From an uncultured Eubacteriales bacterium (GTDB lineage: Bacteria; Bacillota; Clostridia; Oscillospirales; CAG-272): a stretch of 64,000 nucleotides of DNA. How positions within the stretch are numbered: position 1 is the first letter of the stretch; the number at the start of each line of letters is the position of its first letter. Below are positions 58,223 to 64,000 of the stretch, in pieces. A model generated the notes under the pieces. That model was not told where the DNA came from, made no database searches, and worked only from the letters and a program-made list of their open reading frames with translations. The stretch is taken from positions 240-64,239 of the forward strand of contig URMC01000001.1 in NCBI GenBank assembly GCA_900548735.1. The letters are read 5' to 3'. The position numbers were made by a program, and so were the translations under genes.

Positions 58223-59317
58223 ATGAAACTTGGTATCGTAGGACTGCCGAATGTCGGCAAAAGCACGCTGTTCAACGCACTGACCAATGCCGGTGCCGAA
58301 TCCGCCAACTACCCGTTCTGCACCATTGAGCCGAACGTGGGCGTGGTTGCCGTGCCCGACAGCCGGATGGATTATCTGGCGGAAATGTATCACCCCGAAA
58401 AATACACCCCCGCCGTGATCGAATTTGTGGATATTGCAGGGTTGGTTGCGGGCGCCTCCAAGGGCGAGGGACTGGGCAACAAATTCCTTTCCCATATCCG
58501 CGAGGTGGACGCCATCATTCACGTGGTGCGGTGCTTCAAGGACGACAACATCATCCACGTGGACGGCAGCGTCAACGCGATGCGGGATCTGGAAACCATC
58601 AATATGGAACTGATTTTCTCCGATATGGAGATGCTGGAGCGCCGGATCGACCGCACCAAAAAGGCGATGAAGGGCGACAAGACCCTTGCCGCGGAAATTG
58701 CGGTGCTGGAAAAGGTGCAGGCGGCGCTGGAAGCGGGCAATACCGCCCGCACGGTGGAACTGACCGAGGATGAGCGCGCGGTGTTTTCCGACACTCCTCT
58801 GCTGACCATGAAGCCCGTGATCTACGTGGCAAACGTCAGCGAAGAGGAGGCAGGCAGAGAGCCGCTGGACAACCCGATGTACGCGGCGCTGAAAGCATAT
58901 GCCGAGAGCGAGGGCGCCGGGATTCTGCCGGTGTGCGCGCAGATCGAAGCCGAGATTGCGGAACTTTCCGCCGAGGAAAAGAAAGCGTTTCTGGACGACC
59001 TCGGTATTGCCGAAAGCGGGCTTGACCGCCTGATCAAAGCAAGTTATGCCCTGCTGGGGCTGATCAGTTTTCTCACGGCGGGTCCCAAAGAGGTGCGCGC
59101 ATGGACGATCACGAAAGGCACCAAGGCGCCGGGCGCCGCAGGCAAGATTCACAGTGACTTTGAGCGCGGGTTTATCCGCGCGGAAGTCGTGTCGTTTGAC
59201 GACCTCAAGCGCATCGGCTCGATGAACGGGGTCAAGGAAGCGGGGCTCTTGCGCAGTGAGGGCAAGGACTATGTGATGCAGGACGGGGACATTGTGGTCT
59301 TCCGTTTCAACGTCTGA
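58223..59317 (+). CDS. ychF: redox-regulated ATPase YchF
   Basis: [21 protein letters not shown], a TGS domain and the C-terminal [10 protein letters not shown]. Confidence 0.95.
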   Translation: MKLGIVGLPNVGKSTLFNALTNAGAESANYPFCTIEPNVGVVAVPDSRMDYLAEMYHPEKYTPAVIEFVDIAGLVAGASKGEGLGNKFLSHIREVDAIIHVVRCFKDDNIIHVDGSVNAMRDLETINMELIFSDMEMLERRIDRTKKAMKGDKTLAAEIAVLEKVQAALEAGNTARTVELTEDERAVFSDTPLLTMKPVIYVANVSEEEAGREPLDNPMYAALKAYAESEGAGILPVCAQIEAEIAELSAEEKKAFLDDLGIAESGLDRLIKASYALLGLISFLTAGPKEVRAWTITKGTKAPGAAGKIHSDFERGFIRAEVVSFDDLKRIGSMNGVKEAGLLRSEGKDYVMQDGDIVVFRFNV

Positions 59318-59964
59318 TGCGCGCCCGCAAGAAAAAGCACGGGGCGGAGCGGATTGCCGCCTGCTCTGCGCTTCTGATCGAGCATCCGGAAACGCTGAAC
59401 GGCGACCCCGGCGCGGCTTTCCCCGAACGGCGCCCGGTGCATCTGGAAATCGGCTGTGGCAAAGGCAACTTTGCCTGCGGCATGGCGGCGGCGCACCCGG
59501 AGATCAACCTGATCGCGATGGAACGCGTGGCGGATGTGGCGTGTCTCGCACTGGAAAAAGCGCGGGACTGTGCCGATACCCGCCCCGACAATCTGCGGTT
59601 TCTCATCGGCAATGCGGAAGCAATCACCGAGTGGTTTGCCCCGCACAGTATTGCTTGCATTTATCTGAATTTCAGCGACCCGTGGCCGAAAAAGGGGCAC
59701 GCCAAACGGCGCCTGACGCATCGGCTGTTTCTGGAGCGCTACCGGCAGGTGCTGGCGCCGGGCGGGGTGCTTCGCTTCAAGACCGACAATGTGGGACTGT
59801 TTGATTTTTCGCTGGAAGAGTTTGAGGCGGCGGGGCTTGCCGTCAGCGACCTTACACGTGACCTGCACCACAGCCCGCAAAACGAGGGCAATGTGATGAC
59901 GGAATACGAGAAAAACTTCTCCGAAAAAGGCTTCCCCATCCACGCGGTCACCGTACATTTCTGA
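59317..59964 (+). CDS. trmB: tRNA (guanine46-N7)-methyltransferase
   Basis: EIGCGKGNF and NFSDPWPKKGHAKRRL motifs. Confidence 0.9.
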   Translation: MRARKKKHGAERIAACSALLIEHPETLNGDPGAAFPERRPVHLEIGCGKGNFACGMAAAHPEINLIAMERVADVACLALEKARDCADTRPDNLRFLIGNAEAITEWFAPHSIACIYLNFSDPWPKKGHAKRRLTHRLFLERYRQVLAPGGVLRFKTDNVGLFDFSLEEFEAAGLAVSDLTRDLHHSPQNEGNVMTEYEKNFSEKGFPIHAVTVHF

Positions 59965-60003
59965 TACCGTTATGGGGGATATTCCCCCGGAAAGGAGTTT
60001 TTT

Positions 60004-60579
60004 ATGTACCATATGGACGAGCTGGTGCTCAAAAACCGTTCCTACCGCGCTTTTGACGAGAGCGCGCCGATCACAGAGCAAACGATGACGGAACTGGTGG
60101 ACCTCGCGCGCAGATGCTCCTCCGGGATGAATCTGCAACCGCTCCGCTACCGGATTCTTTCCACCGCCGTGGACATCGGCAAAATGCTGAACAACTGCCG
60201 TTTTGCTTCCTCTCTTGGCATCAAGCTCCCGCCGGAGGACGGCAAGCCCACCGGGTTTATCCTGATTTTTGAGGACAAAGAGACCGAAAGCCCCGCCACG
60301 CTGGCGCTCAAAGACGCGGGCATTGCCGCGGCAACAATTCTGCTTGCCGCCACGGAACGCGGTTTCGGCGGTTGTATGTTAGGCAGTTTTGACCCCGCGC
60401 GCCTGAACGCCGATTTTGAAATTCCCGATCGCTACACGCCCCTGCTTGCCATTGCGCTGGGCAAACCTGCCGAGACTGTGGTGCTGACCGACGCGCGCGA
60501 CGGGTCGCTTCGCTACTACCGGGATGAAGCGGGGATTCATTACGTGCCCAAACGCGCGCTGAAAGAAGTGCTGATCTGA
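60004..60579 (+). CDS. nitroreductase family protein
   Basis: LKNRSYRAFDE, SSGMNLQPLRY and the family-typical length. Confidence 0.8.
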   Translation: MYHMDELVLKNRSYRAFDESAPITEQTMTELVDLARRCSSGMNLQPLRYRILSTAVDIGKMLNNCRFASSLGIKLPPEDGKPTGFILIFEDKETESPATLALKDAGIAAATILLAATERGFGGCMLGSFDPARLNADFEIPDRYTPLLAIALGKPAETVVLTDARDGSLRYYRDEAGIHYVPKRALKEVLI

Positions 60580-61502
60580 TGGCGGGCACCCCAAACACGG
60601 CGGAGCCCTGTGGCATTCTGCCCATCGACAAACCGGCGGGCAAAACCTCACATGACATTGTGGGGCAGATGCGGCGGCTGTTTCACACCAAACGTGTGGG
60701 GCACACCGGCACGCTGGATCCGATGGCGACCGGTGTACTGACGGTTCTGATCGGCAGAGCCGCCAAAGCGGCGGAATACCTGGTCTCGGACCGCAAGACC
60801 TACGTGGCGGAGTTACGGTTGGGACTGACCACCGACACGGAGGATACCACCGGGCGGGTGCTGACCGAGTGCCGCGACCTCCCGGCAAGCGATGCGGTTT
60901 TTGCCGCGGCACGCTCGTTTCTCGGCACGTATGCGCAGATTCCGCCCATGGTCAGCGCCCTGAAAGTCGGGGGAAAAAAACTGGTTGATCTTGCGCGGAA
61001 AGGCATTGAAATTGAGAGAAAGCCCCGTGACGTGATGATTTTTGCGCTGGATTGCCGGGCGACCGACCGGGCGGACACCTATGTACTGACAGTGGAATGT
61101 TCCTCCGGCACCTACATCCGCACGCTTTGCGCCGATATCGGCAAAAAACTCGGTTGCGGGGGTGTGATGGCGGCACTGCGCCGCACCGCGGCGGGCGGAT
61201 ATACGCTTGCCGACTGCCGCCCCCCGGCAGCGGTGGAAGCCGTGAAAGAGGCGGAACGCCCCGCACTTCTCCTGCCGGTAGAAACCCTCTTTTCTTCGCT
61301 TTTTGCAGTACGTTTGCCGGCATTTTATGAAAAACTGGCAAGGAGCGGGTGTGAAATCTATCAAAAAAAGATCGGCACCGACCACCCGGTCGGCACGCGC
61401 GTACGCGTGTGCAATGAGGGCGGGAAATTCTTTGCCCTCGGCGAGGTGCGGGAATATCCGGACGGCAGCGCCGTCAAGCTGATCAAAATATTTGAATTGT
61501 AA
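60579..61502 (+). CDS. truB: tRNA pseudouridine(55) synthase
   Basis: GILPIDKPAGKTSHDIV and catalytic HTGTLDPMATGVL. Confidence 0.95.
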   Translation: MAGTPNTAEPCGILPIDKPAGKTSHDIVGQMRRLFHTKRVGHTGTLDPMATGVLTVLIGRAAKAAEYLVSDRKTYVAELRLGLTTDTEDTTGRVLTECRDLPASDAVFAAARSFLGTYAQIPPMVSALKVGGKKLVDLARKGIEIERKPRDVMIFALDCRATDRADTYVLTVECSSGTYIRTLCADIGKKLGCGGVMAALRRTAAGGYTLADCRPPAAVEAVKEAERPALLLPVETLFSSLFAVRLPAFYEKLARSGCEIYQKKIGTDHPVGTRVRVCNEGGKFFALGEVREYPDGSAVKLIKIFEL

Positions 61503-61520
61503 AATATAAAGGAGAACGCG

Positions 61521-62936
61521 ATGAAACCTTTTATGGGTGCGGATTTTCTGCTTCATACCGAAACGGCAAAACACCTTTATCATGACGTGGCGGAGCATTT
61601 GCCAATCATTGACTATCATTGCCACCTCTCGCCGGAGGAGATTGCCAAAAATCGCCGCTATCACAATATCACGGAAGTCTGGCTGTACGGCGATCACTAC
61701 AAGTGGCGCGCCATGCGTTCCTGCGGCGTGCCCGAACGACTGATCACGGGCGATGGGTCGGACTATGAAAAATTCCGCGCTTACTGCTCCTGCATGCCGA
61801 AACTGATCGGCAACCCGCTCTATCATTGGAGCCACCTGGAGTTGCGGCAGTATTTTGATTGCGATCTCATCCTCAACGAGGAAAACTGCGATGAGATTTG
61901 GCGGCTGACCGCGGAAAAACTGAGCACGCCGGAACTGGGCGCCCGCAACCTGATTCTCTCCTCCGGCGTGGAGGTGATCGGCACAACCGACGACCCGGCG
62001 GATACGCTGGAAGCGCACATGGCGCTGAAGCATGAGGAATTCCCTGTGACGGTGGTCCCCTCTTTCCGCCCCGACCGCGCCGTGGCAGTGAACGCCAAGG
62101 GATATGCGGAATACATCGCCAGACTCGGCAAGGCGAACGGCGTGGAGATTTCCGATCTCGATTCGCTGTGCCGGGCGCTTCGCGTGGCGCTGGATCGCTT
62201 TGAGGCGGCGGGGTGCCGCGCGGCGGATCACGCCTTTAACGAGGTGTTCCGCTTTGTAAAACCCGACCCGTATCACGCGGGCGAAATCTTCCGCCGCGCG
62301 CTTGCCGGCGGCGAGATCAGCACCGAAGATGCGGAACTGTTCCGCGCGCAAATGATGCGTTTCTTTGCCGGAGAATACACCAAACGGCATATGGTAATGC
62401 AGTTGCATTTCGGCACGCTGCGCAATCCCAATTCCGTGATGTTCGGCAAACTGGGTGCCGACACGGGCTATGACATTGTGCACGGCGGCAACAGTATCGC
62501 AGGGCTTGCGGAACTGTTGGACTACCTGAACAGTGCCGAGATGCTGCCGCGCACCATTCTCTACTCCGTCAACGGGGCTGACAATGAAGCGGTGGCGGTG
62601 CTTTGCGGTGCCTTTACGGGGTACGGCGACGGAGAGCCGCGCGTGGTACAGGGCAGCGCCTGGTGGTTCTGTGACCGCATTGACGGGATGCGCGCGCAGA
62701 TGCGCAGTTTTGCGGGGTTGGCGGCGCTTGGCAAATTTCTCGGCATGCTGACAGACTCCCGCAGTTTTCTCTCCTACCCCCGGCACGCCTATTTCCGCCG
62801 GATTCTCTGCGACCTGATCGGCGAATGGGTGGAAAACGGCGAATATCCGAACGACGAAAAAGCGCTCACGGCACTGATCACCGACATTTGCCATGACAAC
62901 GCGGCGCGTTATTTCGGGTTTGAAACAAAGAAATAA
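61521..62936 (+). CDS. uxaC: glucuronate isomerase
   Basis: FLLHTETAKHLYHDVAEHLPIIDYHCHLSPEEIA and WWFCD motifs. Confidence 0.9.
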   Translation: MKPFMGADFLLHTETAKHLYHDVAEHLPIIDYHCHLSPEEIAKNRRYHNITEVWLYGDHYKWRAMRSCGVPERLITGDGSDYEKFRAYCSCMPKLIGNPLYHWSHLELRQYFDCDLILNEENCDEIWRLTAEKLSTPELGARNLILSSGVEVIGTTDDPADTLEAHMALKHEEFPVTVVPSFRPDRAVAVNAKGYAEYIARLGKANGVEISDLDSLCRALRVALDRFEAAGCRAADHAFNEVFRFVKPDPYHAGEIFRRALAGGEISTEDAELFRAQMMRFFAGEYTKRHMVMQLHFGTLRNPNSVMFGKLGADTGYDIVHGGNSIAGLAELLDYLNSAEMLPRTILYSVNGADNEAVAVLCGAFTGYGDGEPRVVQGSAWWFCDRIDGMRAQMRSFAGLAALGKFLGMLTDSRSFLSYPRHAYFRRILCDLIGEWVENGEYPNDEKALTALITDICHDNAARYFGFETKK

Positions 62937-63179
62937 TCCGACAGACACGGTGTGAAAACATATACCGAAAGCGGAAAGCAACGCGGTCAAGGAGGCTTTG
63001 CAACCTCCCTGACCGCGTTGTTTGTGCGCGTTGCCGAATTTGCCCGCGTCAGTCGGCGGGAAAATGCCCCGCCTCTTTCCCCGGCTTTGTGACGCTTTTT
63101 TCATAGAAAGTGACACTTTTTTTATAGCGGCGCCTTACCGCCGGTGATATACTGAAATCACCAAATCCGGAGGTGAAAA

Positions 63180-64000
63180 ATGTTTGACAAAAAGTGCTTT
63201 GCCGGGGACGGCAAACGGGATTTTCTCTTTGCACACCCGATAGACAGACCCCTGCGGGTTCTGCAAATGACCGATATTCAGACCGTGGGGTTGCAATGGA
63301 CGCGCAACGCCACCCGTGACCGCCAGATCCGCGGCGCGTATTTCAAAAACGGCGTGTACGGGATGGAAGAACGGGCATATGCGCACATCCGCGCACTGGT
63401 CAGAGAAACCGACCCCGACCTGATTCTGCTGACCGGCGACAATATCTACGGCGAGTTTGACGACGTGGGCGTGATGCTTGCCGAACTGATTGAGGTGTTT
63501 GAGGAAATCGGGCTTCCCTGGGCGACCACCTTCGGCAATCACGACCCCGAAAGCCGGATTGGCATTGACCGGATTTGTGCTGCGTATGAAGCCGCGCCCC
63601 ATTGCCTGTTCCGGCGCGGAAACGTAACGGGCAACGCCAACTACTCCATCGGCATTACGACCCCGGACGGGGTGATTTTTACCCTGTTTTTGCTGGACAC
63701 AGGTGGGTGCCGCCCGGTGGGAAATCCGGGCGCGCCGGAAGAAGGGCTGACCCCCGACAACCCGGATTTTGACAAGCTGGAACACCGCAACCGCATTGCA
63801 CAAGATCAGATGAACTGGTACAAATGGGCGGCAGACGGTGTGAGAAACGCCGTGTTTTTGCACATTGCGCCGCATATTTTTCTCACCGCTCTGAGTGAGC
63901 GCTACGGCTTTCGCCCCGGCAAGGAGGTTTATCTTGACGGAGAAGACTGCGGACAGTATGTGGAGCAGATGAGAGAAGCGGACTTCACCGACCCTGACGG
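63180..64000 (+). CDS. metallophosphoesterase (calcineurin-like), 5' part; runs off right edge
   Basis: Absent from the track because there is no stop in the window. ATG 63180 follows GGAGGTG. Translation gives MFDKKCFAGDGKRDFLFAHPIDRPLRVLQMTDIQ...LILLTGDNIYGEF...TTFGNHD (phosphoesterase motifs D-x-Q/H, GDxxY, GNHD). Track ORF 63135..63875(-) is an antisense shadow. Confidence 0.75.
   Translation, partial: MFDKKCFAGDGKRDFLFAHPIDRPLRVLQMTDIQTVGLQWTRNATRDRQIRGAYFKNGVYGMEERAYAHIRALVRETDPDLILLTGDNIYGEFDDVGVMLAELIEVFEEIGLPWATTFGNHDPESRIGIDRICAAYEAAPHCLFRRGNVTGNANYSIGITTPDGVIFTLFLLDTGGCRPVGNPGAPEEGLTPDNPDFDKLEHRNRIAQDQMNWYKWAADGVRNAVFLHIAPHIFLTALSERYGFRPGKEVYLDGEDCGQYVEQMREADFTDPD

Noticed and set aside
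60813-63116. 767-aa minus-strand ORF, the longest in this part of the track.
   Set aside because: It lies antisense to the well-supported truB and uxaC genes. Its composition is Arg/Gly/Ala/His-rich and it has no motifs. It is a typical shadow ORF of GC-rich coding DNA.

Overview
This is a chromosomal segment of a moderately GC-rich Firmicutes/Clostridia-type genome, judged from the Prp-processed L27 operon, DegV, strong GGAGG-type SDs and class-II tRNA-Ser genes. The backbone runs as follows. The left edge holds a partial Shango-like locus (TerB-N/TerB-C protein plus DUF2791-type ATPase). Next come ribF, tRNA-Ser(CGA), a GNAT gene behind a terminator-type leader, an amino-acid ABC transporter and a nucleotidase/guanylate-kinase fusion. 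A ~22-kb AT-rich composite island (10186-32260) then sits in tRNA-Ser(UGA), bounded by a perfect 56-bp direct repeat. To its right are ogt, a complete F-type ATP synthase operon containing one continuous b-like/delta/alpha ORF, and rplU-prp-rpmA. These are followed by sugar genes (NahK-like kinase, a GH, a GH36 alpha-galactosidase), a DUF559 cassette, two MgtC genes and HtrA with a two-component system. The segment ends with ychF, trmB, truB, uxaC and a partial metallophosphoesterase. The island has four parts. (i) A co-directional operon: Fic, hsdM, unknown 233-aa gene, hsdS, ABC-ATPase/Toprim-like fusion, hsdR, YgjP-type peptidase, multi-TM protein. (ii) YjbR and a DUF4143-type ATPase. (iii) A decayed integrative mobilizable element with a LexA-like repressor, AAA_25-type ATPase, oriT-like hairpins, MobC, relaxase, Xis and a 3'-truncated integrase. 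(iv) Directly next to the tRNA, a very AT-rich pair of paralogous helical proteins that I cannot assign to a family (29935-31938). This pair is my top candidate for an undescribed system. All calls come from manual reading and translation of the sequence. No database or profile search could be run, so family names are recognition-based.
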